Of a DNA stretch of 64,000 nt, positions 8,996 through 19,392 are shown piece after piece. The notes beneath the pieces are model-generated. The model was not told the DNA's origin and ran no database searches. It saw nothing but the letters and a program-made list of their open reading frames with translations. Position 1 is the first letter of the stretch; each line of letters starts with the position of its first letter. The stretch comes from an uncultured Aliarcobacter sp. Lineage in GTDB: Bacteria > Campylobacterota > Campylobacteria > Campylobacterales > Arcobacteraceae. Made by a program: the position numbers and the translations under genes. The DNA lies in the NCBI GenBank assembly GCA_963677435.1, contig OY781945.1, positions 2,624,001 through 2,688,000 on the forward strand. The letters are read 5' to 3'.

Positions 8996-9581
8996 TCTCT
9001 TCTAACCTTATAATTTTATCGCTACACCATGAAGCCATATCTAAATCGTGTGTGATTAATAAAATAGCACATTTATCTAATAATGTAATTAATAATTTCA
9101 TCACATCATAAGCTATGATATTATCCAAAGCTGATGTTGGCTCATCAACTAAAAGTAAATCTGGTTTCATTAAAAGTGCTCTTAAAATCGAACATCTTTG
9201 AAGTTGTCCACCACTTAATTCATATGATTTTTTATCTAATATTTCTCTTTGCAATGTTAATTTACTCAAATATTCATCTAACTGTTTTTGAGGAATATCG
9301 CCAACTATATCTTTTATTTGTTCTAATATTGAATAAGTTGGATGAAAAGAGTTGTATGGATCTTGAAATATCATAGCTATTTTTGATTTTTCAATAGTTC
9401 CACTTATTGGTTTTAAACTTCCTAATATAAGTTCAAAAAGTGTAGTTTTTCCACTACCACTTTTACCAAAAATAGTTACTAATTCTCCTTTATTTAATTC
9501 TAAAGAGAAATCTTTATAAATAGGATTTTCTTTTTTATAATAAAAATTTAGATTATTTATATTTAAAACATTTTGATTCAA
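8982..9581 (-). CDS. Orphan ABC ATPase (dipeptide/nickel-type ATPase-like)
   Basis: GKSGSGKT, FQDP, LSGGQLQR, DEPTSALD, ITHD; overlaps the hemH start. Confidence 0.85.
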   Translation of the reverse strand: MNQNVLNINNLNFYYKKENPIYKDFSLELNKGELVTIFGKSGSGKTTLFELILGSLKPISGTIEKSKIAMIFQDPYNSFHPTYSILEQIKDIVGDIPQKQLDEYLSKLTLQREILDKKSYELSGGQLQRCSILRALLMKPDLLLVDEPTSALDNIIAYDVMKLLITLLDKCAILLITHDLDMASWCSDKIIRLEENARK

Positions 9582-9767
9582 TTCATACGCCTTTTAAAAA
9601 AAATATACTATATAAAAAAGTGCCTTTATCTTTGCAAAAAAAAATGAAATAATATTTCACAAAATATATACAATTATAGGGAAAACTTACACTAATTAAG
9701 TAAAAATATTAAGCCTAAAGAAAGAAAAAAAAGCTAAAATATTTTTTCTAAAATTTAAGGAGAAAAA

Positions 9768-10061
9768 ATGAAAAAAATCGTATTATCTGCAATGTTCGCT
9801 GCTATGACTGCAGCTTCTTTATCAGCAGCTTCAACTGCTGCATGTGCTGGATGTCATGGTGCAAAATTTGAAAAACCAGCTTTAGGTAAATCAGCTATTA
9901 TTGCTGGATGGGATGAAGCTAAAATTATTGAATCTTTAAATGGTTACAAAGCTGGAACTTTAAATGTTCATGGTATGGGTGCTGTTATGAAAGGTCAAAC
10001 TGCTAAATTATCTGACGCTGATATTGCTGATTTAGCTAAACAAATTTCTGCAATGAAATAA
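9768..10061 (+). CDS. Cytochrome c553 family monoheme cytochrome
   Basis: Signal peptide, CAGCHG heme motif, distal Met in GAVMKGQ. Confidence 0.9.
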   Translation: MKKIVLSAMFAAMTAASLSAASTAACAGCHGAKFEKPALGKSAIIAGWDEAKIIESLNGYKAGTLNVHGMGAVMKGQTAKLSDADIADLAKQISAMK

Positions 10062-10088
10062 TTTTTTTAAACTAGTCAATTTTATTGG

Positions 10089-10334
10089 CTAGTTTTCCTC
10101 TTTTTTTAACTTCTCTTTTTCACTTTTTAATTTTTCAGCTTTTGCAGTTTTTAAACTTTTTTCTTTGTTAATTGCATCATTTAAATCTTCAACACTATCA
10201 AATAATAAACCATTTACCATTTTATTAGCATCATCAAATTGACCAGATCTTGCAGCCCAAATAAAAAGTAATAACATTCCAGCAGAAATTATAATTCCTA
10301 CAATTAACATAAAAAAAAGTGTGTCATCTATCAT
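10089..10334 (-). CDS. ccoS: cbb3-type oxidase assembly protein CcoS
   Basis: TM helix followed by FIWAARSGQFDD; downstream of ccoI. Confidence 0.88.
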   Translation of the reverse strand: MIDDTLFFMLIVGIIISAGMLLLFIWAARSGQFDDANKMVNGLLFDSVEDLNDAINKEKSLKTAKAEKLKSEKEKLKKEEN

Positions 10335-10369
10335 CTTTGTTCCTTTTAAAAAGCTTTAATTACAAAGCA

Positions 10370-12808
10370 TTATTTCATTTTTATTCTAAGTGAATTTAAG
10401 ACAACCATTAAGGAACTCAAACTCATTGACAATGCTGCTATTAATGGTATTACAAAACCTAACATTGCTAAAGGAATTGTAATCATATTATAAATCAGAG
10501 ATAAAGTTAAATTTTGTTTGATAAATTTATATGTTTTTCGTGAAATAATAAATGCATCTTTTAAAGAATTTAAAGATGAATTTAACAATACTATATCTGA
10601 AATAGCCAAAGAAACATCTGCTGAATTTCCCATTGCAACTGCAACATCTGCATTACTTAAAGCAACACTATCATTTACTCCATCACCCACCATTACAACT
10701 ACTTTATTTTGTTTTTTTAACTCTTTAATATAATTTGCTTTTGAAACTGGTGTTTGAAAAGAGAAATATTTTTTTATATTTAACTGTTTTGCAATATTTG
10801 AAGCAACATTTTCATTATCACCAGTTAACATCACAACTTCAATATTTTTATTATATAAAAATTCTATTAACTCTTTTGCATTATCTTTTATTTGATCTTC
10901 TAATTCAAAACTTGCTATTACTTTTTTATTTATACTAAAAAAATAAACTGTTTGATTTGAATCAAAATTATAATCAATATCATTTTGTTTTAATAATTCT
11001 AAATTTCCACCTAAAAGCTCAAATATTTTTCCATCGACATTTGTATAACTAGCACTCATTCCTTTAGCTTCAATATTTTTTACATTATCTAATCTTTTAT
11101 CTTCTAATTCATATTTTTGATTTAAATACTTTTTAATTGAAAGACTCACAGGATGATTTGAAGCACATATTAAAGAGTATAAAAGATTCAATTTATGAAT
11201 ATTATTATCTAAGATTTGCACATTTACAACATTTAATTCGCCTTTTGTTAAAGTTCCTGTTTTATCAAAAACCACAGTATTTGCAAGGGCCAAAGATTCA
11301 ATAAATTTTGCTTCTTTAAATAAAAGACCCTTTTTTGCTAGTTCTGAGATTCCCACTAAACTAGCCATTGGTGTTGCAAGGGCTAAAGCACAAGGACAAG
11401 CAATCACTATTACTGAAACAGCTACAATAAATGATTTTTCAAAATGATTTGCACCTGAATAATTAAATCCTAAATCAACTCCAAAGAAATACCAAACTAA
11501 AAAAGTAGCCAAGGCTAAAGACAAAATAGAAACTGTAAAATATTTTGAAACTTCAGCAGCTTTTGTTTGTATTTTTGGTTTTGAATTTAAAGAATCTTCT
11601 AAAAGTGTAACAATAGATGAAAATGTAGAATTTTTAAAATCTTTAGTAACTTCATATTCAATTAAAGCATTACTATTTATTGTTCCACTAAATACTGTAT
11701 CAGCAAATTTTTTATATACGGGAATTGATTCTCCTGTAAGTGTTGATTCATCAAAGAATCCTTCACCTTTTGTAATTTTCCCATCAACTGGAACTTTTTC
11801 ACCAGCTTTAATCTCAATAATATCGCCTAATTTAATACTATTAAGTGCCACAGTTTTTTTAATATTATTTTCAATTACAACAGCTTCAAGTGGTAAACTA
11901 GATTTTATTTTATCTAAAGTATCAACAGCAGATTTTTTACCAATAACTTCTAAATATTTACCTACTAATACAAAAGTAATAATCATGGCAACAGAATCAA
12001 AATAACTCTCACCCTTTGCTCCAAATAAAATAAACATTGAATAAACATAAGTAAGAGTTGAACCAGAAGCTACTAAAAAATCCATATTAACCATGCGATT
12101 TTTTAATCCGTAATATCCACCTTTGAAAAATATCCATCCACTATAAAATAAAACCGGAGTAGAAAGTAAAAACTCTCCTATATGAATCATATTTTTTACT
12201 TCTTCAGAAATTCCAGTAAAAAATCCAGTATATTTAGCAACACTTAACATCATGATATTCATACTTGCAATTACTGCAACCATCATACGAATAAAATAAT
12301 CTCTTTTTGCTTTTGAAGCTTGTTCATCTGCTACTGTTGAATCATAGGCATAAGCATCATATCCAATAGCTCTTATTTTTAAAATAATTTCTGATAGTTT
12401 TAATTTATCATCATCCCAAACAATTCTGGCTTTATTTGAAGTAAAATTTATATTCGCTTCAATTATGCCTTTTGTTTCGTATAAAACTTTCTCATTTAGC
12501 CAAACACAAGCAGCACAATGAATTCCTTCAATAATCAAATCAATTTGACTAAATCCATCTTTTGTAACACTTACATAATTATCTAAAAAGTTCTTTGAAT
12601 CAAATCTTGTCACATCATCATTTGTTATTTTTAAAGGAGGAGCAAGAGTTTTATTTCCTAACTTATCATAAAAAGATTCAAGTCCATCATCTTTTAAAAT
12701 ATGATAAACACCTTGACATCCTTTGCAACAAAAATTTAAATCACCCTCATTTATCATCACATTTTCACTAAATTCTAAGTGACAATGATTACATTTGATT
12801 TTTGACAA
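10370..12808 (-). CDS. ccoI: P1B-type Cu ATPase CcoI/FixI
   Basis: CNHC/FCCKGC N-terminus, HCAAC HMA domain, CPC, DKTGT, TGES, GDGVND. Confidence 0.9.
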   Translation of the reverse strand: MSKIKCNHCHLEFSENVMINEGDLNFCCKGCQGVYHILKDDGLESFYDKLGNKTLAPPLKITNDDVTRFDSKNFLDNYVSVTKDGFSQIDLIIEGIHCAACVWLNEKVLYETKGIIEANINFTSNKARIVWDDDKLKLSEIILKIRAIGYDAYAYDSTVADEQASKAKRDYFIRMMVAVIASMNIMMLSVAKYTGFFTGISEEVKNMIHIGEFLLSTPVLFYSGWIFFKGGYYGLKNRMVNMDFLVASGSTLTYVYSMFILFGAKGESYFDSVAMIITFVLVGKYLEVIGKKSAVDTLDKIKSSLPLEAVVIENNIKKTVALNSIKLGDIIEIKAGEKVPVDGKITKGEGFFDESTLTGESIPVYKKFADTVFSGTINSNALIEYEVTKDFKNSTFSSIVTLLEDSLNSKPKIQTKAAEVSKYFTVSILSLALATFLVWYFFGVDLGFNYSGANHFEKSFIVAVSVIVIACPCALALATPMASLVGISELAKKGLLFKEAKFIESLALANTVVFDKTGTLTKGELNVVNVQILDNNIHKLNLLYSLICASNHPVSLSIKKYLNQKYELEDKRLDNVKNIEAKGMSASYTNVDGKIFELLGGNLELLKQNDIDYNFDSNQTVYFFSINKKVIASFELEDQIKDNAKELIEFLYNKNIEVVMLTGDNENVASNIAKQLNIKKYFSFQTPVSKANYIKELKKQNKVVVMVGDGVNDSVALSNADVAVAMGNSADVSLAISDIVLLNSSLNSLKDAFIISRKTYKFIKQNLTLSLIYNMITIPLAMLGFVIPLIAALSMSLSSLMVVLNSLRIKMK

Positions 12809-12920
12809 AAAAACTCCTACTATTGCTACATATTATCTACAAAGTAATTCCCATCGATTGTTTAGATATTATGCTTTATTATGATATTATATCTTAATAA
12901 TTTTGGAGAGAGTCTTAATA

Positions 12921-14543
12921 ATGATAAACAATATTTCAATACTAAAAAATATAACTATTTTATATGCCGAAGATGAAAAGGATTTAAGAGAAGTTACACA
13001 TCAAATTCTAAAAGGCTTTACCAAAAAACAATTTGTTGCTCAAAATGGACAAGAAGGATTAGAGCTATTTAAAGAACATGAAAATGAAATTGACTTAATT
13101 ATTACAGATGTAAATATGCCTATTTTAAATGGTTTAGATATGGTAAAAGAGATAAAAAAAATAAACCTAAATATTCCAATCATTGTAGCAACTGCATTTT
13201 CAAATAAAGAGTATTTACTTGAAGCCATAGATATTGGAATTGATAAATATGTTTTAAAACCTATTGATATTGCAAAACTTTTACAAGTTATGTCTCAATC
13301 ACTGATTTATCATGAATTAAAAGATTTATACACAGATAAACTTACGAATCTTCCAAATAGAAATAAATTAAAAAAAGATTTAGATGAAAATGATATTGAT
13401 TTAATGGCTTTATTAGATATTGATGAATTTTCAACTGTTAATGATTTGTTTGGAGAAAAAATTGGTGACACAATTTTATTTGAACTTGCAAATAAATTAA
13501 AAAGCTATTTTAATCAAGAAGATTATATTGTTTATAGAATTGAAGCTGATAAATTCACTATTGTTGCAAGAAAACATAATCAAGATGTAAATGAATTTTA
13601 TAACCTTTGTAAAACATTTGCAGATAAAATTGAAAAAGAGTCTTTACTTATTGATGAAGATGAAATTGATATAAATATTACTATTGGAATTGCACAAGGA
13701 GATGGAGCAAGAGCATTTAAATACTCTCAAAGGGTAATTAATTATGCAAGAACAAAACTTCAAAGAATAATGATTTATAACGAATCATTTAAGATTCAAC
13801 AATCTTTTGAGGAGAATATCAAATGGGTAAAACAATTAAAAGTTGGATTTAGAGAAAATCTATTTCAAGCATATTTTCAACCTATTGTTGATACAAAAAC
13901 AAAAGAAGTTCATAAATATGAAGCGCTAATTAGATACATCACAAAAGAAGGTGTTGAGATTGCTCCTTTTCATTTTATTAATGTTGCTAAAAAAACAAAA
14001 CTCTATCCAAATATCATAAAAATTGTTATTCAAGATGCCTTTAAATTAATTAAAAATAAGAATAAAAGGGTTTCTGTAAATATTTCATTTGATGATATTG
14101 CAAATGAAGAAACAACTGCATTTATTTATGAAATATTAGAACAGAATAAAGACTTTACAGAATTCCTTGAGTTTGAAATACTTGAGTCAGAAGAGATTTC
14201 AGATTTTAATGAAGTTGCAAAATTTATTGCTGAAATAAAAAAATTTGATTGTATTGTTGGAGTAGATGATTTTGGTGCTGGATATTCAAACTTTAACCTA
14301 TTAACTTTACTTGATATTGACTTTGTTAAAATTGATGGTTCATTAATTGAAAGAATAAATAGCTCAAAAGATTTAGAAATAATAGTAAATACAATCGCAA
14401 ACTTTTCAAAAGAGTTTAAAGTAAAAACGGTTGCTGAATATGTATCTGATGAAGATATTTATAATAAAATTAAAGAGTTAAATATAGATTACTGTCAAGG
14501 TTATTACTTTGATAAACCTCTTAGTTACGATTCTATCAAGTAA
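12921..14543 (+). CDS. Response regulator with degenerate GGDEF and EAL domains (probable c-di-GMP phosphodiesterase)
   Basis: REC (ITDVNMP, LKP); GGDEF replaced by EADKF; YEALIR and DDFGAGYS intact; ATG at 12921 follows GGAG. Confidence 0.85.
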   Translation: MINNISILKNITILYAEDEKDLREVTHQILKGFTKKQFVAQNGQEGLELFKEHENEIDLIITDVNMPILNGLDMVKEIKKINLNIPIIVATAFSNKEYLLEAIDIGIDKYVLKPIDIAKLLQVMSQSLIYHELKDLYTDKLTNLPNRNKLKKDLDENDIDLMALLDIDEFSTVNDLFGEKIGDTILFELANKLKSYFNQEDYIVYRIEADKFTIVARKHNQDVNEFYNLCKTFADKIEKESLLIDEDEIDINITIGIAQGDGARAFKYSQRVINYARTKLQRIMIYNESFKIQQSFEENIKWVKQLKVGFRENLFQAYFQPIVDTKTKEVHKYEALIRYITKEGVEIAPFHFINVAKKTKLYPNIIKIVIQDAFKLIKNKNKRVSVNISFDDIANEETTAFIYEILEQNKDFTEFLEFEILESEEISDFNEVAKFIAEIKKFDCIVGVDDFGAGYSNFNLLTLLDIDFVKIDGSLIERINSSKDLEIIVNTIANFSKEFKVKTVAEYVSDEDIYNKIKELNIDYCQGYYFDKPLSYDSIK

Positions 14544-14545
14544 GG

Positions 14546-15166
14546 TTAATTTAACCAACTTGATACAATATTAGTTTTTTCAAAAAGCGTGCTCTTTATT
14601 CTTGTGATATTCGCGATACAAACCAATTGTTTTGCAGCTGTTTGCAAATCATCATTGATTATTAGGTAATCATAATCTTGGAAATATTCCACTTCACCTT
14701 TTGCATTTTTAATTCTTTTTTCAATAATCTCAATACTGTCTGTATTTCTACTATTTAACCTTGCTTCTAAAACTTCTAAAGATGGGGTTGTAATAAAAAC
14801 AGAAGTAACTATAGAATCAAGCTTATTTCTCACAATCTCATGGCCTTGAACATCAATATCAAAGATAACAAGTTTTCCTTCTGCTAAAGCTTTGTTAATT
14901 GGTTTTAATGAAGTTCCATAATAGTTATCATGAACCTTTGCATACTCTAAAAAATCATTATTTTTAATGTCAGCTTCAAATTCTTCTTTTGTAACAAAAA
15001 AGTAGTCAACACCATTTACTTCTCCAACTCGAGGAGCTCTTGTAGTTGTTGAAATAGAAAAATAGTAATCATCTATATCTTTATAAACTTCTTTTAGTAA
15101 AGTAGATTTTCCACAACCACTTGGACCTGAAAGTATTAAAATTGCACCTTTTTTTTCTTTTATCAA
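14546..15166 (-). CDS. gmk: Guanylate kinase
   Basis: SGPSGCGKST, STTTRAPRVGE, NYYGT, DIDVQG. Confidence 0.95.
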   Translation of the reverse strand: MIKEKKGAILILSGPSGCGKSTLLKEVYKDIDDYYFSISTTTRAPRVGEVNGVDYFFVTKEEFEADIKNNDFLEYAKVHDNYYGTSLKPINKALAEGKLVIFDIDVQGHEIVRNKLDSIVTSVFITTPSLEVLEARLNSRNTDSIEIIEKRIKNAKGEVEYFQDYDYLIINDDLQTAAKQLVCIANITRIKSTLFEKTNIVSSWLN

Positions 15167-15168
15167 AA

Positions 15169-15966
15169 TTAATCCTTCAAACTTAATCTAATATCAACAC
15201 TTTCTCCACTTGAAAGTTTATCAATAACTGTTTGATCAAATTTTTCTAATAATGGCCTTAATTCATTAATATTAAAATCACTTAACACTAAATTATAAGG
15301 TTTTACAGGAGGTGATGAAAGATCAAATTCGTACTCTTTTACTTCATCTAAGGCGTCATCTATGATTGCAGAGATATCTTTCCAATCATTTTTTTCTAAA
15401 TTAATCTCATTTTGAATATTATCTTCTCGTAAAATATTATTTATCTTGCTTAATTCACTGTGATCTAAAATTCCGCCCATATGAAATTGTGCTGAATTAA
15501 CAATACTTTCATCTTCTTCTTCATTTTCAAAATCATCTTCTTCATTATCTTCCATAGATTCAACATATTTTGTTGTAATTGGTATAATTACATCTTCATC
15601 TTCACTATAATGATTAACAAAAGGTTTAGAAACGGCAACTCTTTCTTTTTCATTATCATCTTTTATTATAACTATTTGTTCTGCTAAAATTGATTCAAGT
15701 TTTGTAGGTAAAAAAGGTCTTGGAATGATAAAATCTCTTGACTTATCAAAAGATAATTCTTCTGAGCTAATTGCACCTAATTTCTTTGAGAATTGTTTTA
15801 TAGTGTTAAATTTATCATCAATAAAACTTTGATCAATAATAATCAAATCAAATTTTTCATTAACACTATTAGTTTTTTGAATCGACAATTTAATATTTAG
15901 TCTTTTACAAACTAATACAAAAATATGTTCAATGATTGCAGCATCACATATTAATAATATAGTCAC
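15169..15966 (-). CDS. Conserved highly acidic protein (degenerate receiver-like N-terminus)
   Basis: Asp/Glu-rich central region; PRPFLPT motif; position next to gmk as in Campylobacterales. Confidence 0.65.
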   Translation of the reverse strand: MTILLICDAAIIEHIFVLVCKRLNIKLSIQKTNSVNEKFDLIIIDQSFIDDKFNTIKQFSKKLGAISSEELSFDKSRDFIIPRPFLPTKLESILAEQIVIIKDDNEKERVAVSKPFVNHYSEDEDVIIPITTKYVESMEDNEEDDFENEEEDESIVNSAQFHMGGILDHSELSKINNILREDNIQNEINLEKNDWKDISAIIDDALDEVKEYEFDLSSPPVKPYNLVLSDFNINELRPLLEKFDQTVIDKLSSGESVDIRLSLKD

Positions 15967-16646
15967 TTTATCTCCTGCAATATTAAATCTTGTAACTTAT
16001 AAACTTTATCACATTTCATAGCTAATTCATGTTCATGTGTTACAAGTATTAAACCAGCATCATTGTTTTTTATGTAATTAAATAAAGTATTCATTACAAT
16101 ATTTGCCGTATCTTTATCTAAATTTCCAGTTGGTTCATCAGCGAAAATAATTCTTGGTTTCTTTGTCATAACTCTTGCTATTGAAAGTCTTTGCTGTTGA
16201 CCACCACTTAATTCACCTACACCTTGGTTTATAACATAATCTATATTTAACTCTTTTAATAGATTTTTGTCAATATTTTCACCACTTAAAAGTGTAGCTA
16301 TTTCAAGATTCTCAATTGCAGAAAATCCACGAAATAGATAATGAGCTTGAAAAATTATACCAAAATCTTCTCTTCTAATTTTTAATAATTGATCCTGATT
16401 TAAAGAATACATATCTTTACTTTTAAAAACAACATTACCTGTTGATGGTTTTAAAAGAGAAGACAAAATATTTAAAAGTGTTGATTTTCCACTTCCACTT
16501 GTACCTATAATTGCAATTGATTCTTTTTTAGATAGAGATAAATTTATATTATTGAAAAGCTCATAATCAAATTTATGAGATAAGTTTTTGGCTTGCAGTA
16601 AAAAGTCATCTGCAATGAGTGCCTCCATTTTATTAGCTTCACTCAT
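15963..16646 (-). CDS. ABC transporter ATPase (LolD-like)
   Basis: GTSGSGKST, FQAHYLF, LSGGQQQR, ADEPTGNLD. Confidence 0.85.
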   Translation of the reverse strand: MSEANKMEALIADDFLLQAKNLSHKFDYELFNNINLSLSKKESIAIIGTSGSGKSTLLNILSSLLKPSTGNVVFKSKDMYSLNQDQLLKIRREDFGIIFQAHYLFRGFSAIENLEIATLLSGENIDKNLLKELNIDYVINQGVGELSGGQQQRLSIARVMTKKPRIIFADEPTGNLDKDTANIVMNTLFNYIKNNDAGLILVTHEHELAMKCDKVYKLQDLILQEIK

Positions 16647-16687
16647 TACATCTTCCTTTTTTATTTTACATAGTTATGAAACTACGA

Positions 16688-17734
16688 TTATTTTCCCATT
16701 TGTTTTGCAACTTCAGCTGCGAAATCTTCTTCTACTTTCTCAATACCTTCACCAAGTTCAAATCTAATGTACTCAGTAATTTTGATTGATGCATCAACTT
16801 CTGCAATTGCTTGCTCAACAGTGATTTTATCATTCATAACATAAGCTTGAGATAATAGAGCAAATCTACCATCTAATTGAGTATTATCTGTAATATATCT
16901 TTCGATTTTTCCAGGAATAATATTTGCCCAAATTTTTTCTGGTTTACCTTGTTCTTTTAATTCAGCTTCAAAAGCAGCTTTTGCATTAGCAATTGCAGAT
17001 TCTGTTAATTGAGATCTAGAAACAAAATCAGGAATATTTTTTAATGGTTTCCCTAATCTTTTTAATTCATCATTATCAGCTGTAATCTCTGCAACAATTG
17101 CTCTGTTCTCAGATTCTACAAATTCAGGATCTAAATCAGTATAAGAAATAACAGTTGGTTTCATTGCAGATGCGTGCATTGCTAATGATTTTAATAAAGC
17201 TGAAGTTTTATCTTTAGCAGCTTCATCACAAGTTGCAGCTAATAAAACTCCAACTCTACCATTTGTATGAACATAACCATTTACAACAGTACCACTTACA
17301 GAAACAAGTTTTCTTGCAACTAAGTTTTCACCGATTGTTGCAATTTTACCATTTAAAAATTCTGGAAAAGCCATTCCATTAATGTTAGATGCAACTAAAG
17401 ATTCTGCATCAACAATATTATTAGCTTGAGCATGAGATAAAATCTCTTGCGTTAAGTTAAGAAAATTTTCATTTTTAGCAACGAAATCTGTTTGAGCATT
17501 TAACTCTAACATTGTAGCGATTGTATTGTCAGCGTTAACTTTAACAGCAACAACACCTTCAGCAGCAACATTTCCAGCTTTTTTAGCAGCTTTACCAAGT
17601 CCAGCTTCTCGTAAAGCTTGAACTGCTTTTTCTAAATCACCCTCTGTTTCATTTAGTGCATTTTTGCAATCAAGCATACCTGCACCAGTCATTTCTCTTA
17701 GTTCTTTAATTAATTTTGGAGTTGCACCAGCCAT
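16688..17734 (-). CDS. tsf: Elongation factor Ts
   Basis: ELREMTGAGMLDCKNAL, TDFVA, RFELGEGIEK. Confidence 0.97.
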   Translation of the reverse strand: MAGATPKLIKELREMTGAGMLDCKNALNETEGDLEKAVQALREAGLGKAAKKAGNVAAEGVVAVKVNADNTIATMLELNAQTDFVAKNENFLNLTQEILSHAQANNIVDAESLVASNINGMAFPEFLNGKIATIGENLVARKLVSVSGTVVNGYVHTNGRVGVLLAATCDEAAKDKTSALLKSLAMHASAMKPTVISYTDLDPEFVESENRAIVAEITADNDELKRLGKPLKNIPDFVSRSQLTESAIANAKAAFEAELKEQGKPEKIWANIIPGKIERYITDNTQLDGRFALLSQAYVMNDKITVEQAIAEVDASIKITEYIRFELGEGIEKVEEDFAAEVAKQMGK

Positions 17735-17736
17735 AA

Positions 17737-18528
17737 TTATACTTCCTCAGTTTCAACGATTTCGTTTTCACCTTCAGAAACAGCTTCAGCGATTAATGCT
17801 TCAGTTTCTTCTTGTGATACAGGATCAACATCTCCACCAATTTCGTCAGCTAATACAGCTTTTCCCTCGTTCATAGCAGCAGCCATTTCATTACAAAATA
17901 AATGAATTGATCTGATTGCATCATCATTTCCAGGAATTGGTAAATCTACAACATCAGGGTCACAGTTTGTATCTAAAGGAGCAACAACTGTAATTCCTAA
18001 TCTTCTAGCTTCTTGAATAGCGATTTTTTCTTTAACAGCATCAAGAACAAACATCATATCAGGAAGTTTGTGCATTTCTTTGATACCACCAAGGTATAAT
18101 TCTAATTTTTCTTCTTTTCTAGAAAGCATTAATGCTTCTTTTTTAGTTAAAAGATCTAATTGACCTTCTTCTCTCATTTTTTTAATAATTTCTAATTTTC
18201 TAATTGATTTTTTGATTGTTCCAAAGTTAGTTAACATTCCACCTAACCATCTATGATTAACATATGGCATTCCACAAGAAATTGCAGCTTTTTTAATAGC
18301 TTCGCTAGCTTGTTTTTTTGTACCAACAAAAATCATTGTTTGACCAGTAGCCGCTCTATCTTTAACAACATTATATGTATATCTGAAATATCTTAATGTT
18401 TTTTGTAAATCTATAATATAGATATTTTTTCTAACACCGAAAATGAATTTTTTCATTTTTGGATTCCATCTTCTAGTTTGGTGACCGAAGTGTACACCAC
18501 ATTCTAATAGGTCTTTCATTGTAACCAT
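17737..18528 (-). CDS. rpsB: 30S ribosomal protein S2
   Basis: [33 protein letters not shown]. Confidence 0.98.
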   Translation of the reverse strand: MVTMKDLLECGVHFGHQTRRWNPKMKKFIFGVRKNIYIIDLQKTLRYFRYTYNVVKDRAATGQTMIFVGTKKQASEAIKKAAISCGMPYVNHRWLGGMLTNFGTIKKSIRKLEIIKKMREEGQLDLLTKKEALMLSRKEEKLELYLGGIKEMHKLPDMMFVLDAVKEKIAIQEARRLGITVVAPLDTNCDPDVVDLPIPGNDDAIRSIHLFCNEMAAAMNEGKAVLADEIGGDVDPVSQEETEALIAEAVSEGENEIVETEEV

Positions 18529-18560
18529 GGTAATTCTCCTTGAATTATATTTATTGTAAT

Positions 18561-18655
18561 CTGGGTTTAGCCTCTGTATCCCTTAATGTCAAGATTTCTC
18601 TTGTCACAACCCATACAAGGATTGATACATGTGAGGTTCTAATTTAAAATTAGAG
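18561..18655 (-). ncRNA. rpsB 5' leader (t44/S2 leader-like cis-regulatory RNA)
   Basis: Minus strand cacatgtatc ... gggtt ... gggatacagaggctaaaccc echoes the conserved ends of the t44 leader; TATAAT at 18661-18666 upstream. Confidence 0.65.
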
Positions 18656-18761
18656 TTGCGATTATATTTAAATTAAGATTAATTCTTCTTTAATCTTGCT
18701 AATAAATAGATTATTTGAAAAGGAATAGAAATTGTATATAAAAAATAAAAAAGGAATCTCA

Positions 18762-19322
18762 ATGACACCAATTGATTTTATAAAAGAAAACAACTTAGAA
18801 TGGCAACCTTCATTCTCAAGAGCAATAAATAATGCTTTATTTGGATATAGAGGAGCATTAATAATTCAAGAAGGAAAAAGACTTTCAGAAACTAAAGTTA
18901 TGCCTCCAAAAGCACAAGCTAGACAAGTTATTATGATTAGTGAAGATGATAAAATAAAATTCTTTGCTTGTGAATTAGAAACTTTTGGATACTTTGAACA
19001 ATTTTTTGATAAATACAAAGAGTTCTTTGATGCTGATTCAGTAAACTTATTATATGTAATAGATTTAGATGCTAATGGTGTTTTTGAATATCAAGGTGTT
19101 AAATTTTCTGCTTTTATGTTAGATGAAAGTTCTGTATGGAATGAAGTATTAGATTATTTCTCATTAGAAAAAGGTGAATTAAAAAAACTTTCAAATGAAG
19201 AAAAATTAGAAAAAATTTATGATGAACTATCAAATATGAATGTTGAAGCAGTTGATAAAACTTATGATGAAATGGTTTCTTTAATGGGAACAACAAAAAA
19301 ATCTTTAATGGGTGCTGTGTAA
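18762..19322 (+). CDS. Hypothetical acidic cytoplasmic protein
   Basis: Open frame 18732-19322; likely ATG at 18762 after AAGGA; no motif recognised. Confidence 0.7.
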   Translation: MTPIDFIKENNLEWQPSFSRAINNALFGYRGALIIQEGKRLSETKVMPPKAQARQVIMISEDDKIKFFACELETFGYFEQFFDKYKEFFDADSVNLLYVIDLDANGVFEYQGVKFSAFMLDESSVWNEVLDYFSLEKGELKKLSNEEKLEKIYDELSNMNVEAVDKTYDEMVSLMGTTKKSLMGAV

Positions 19323-19392
19323 ATTATCTCTAGAAAAACATTAGAAGTGGTATTTATATTTATGATATAATATTCTTTATTAAGGAATAAAT

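Noticed and set aside
16671..16697. tagttatgaaac, resembling one arm of the XerH dif site
   Set aside because: Second arm and 6-bp spacer geometry are absent, and it overlaps the tsf stop region.
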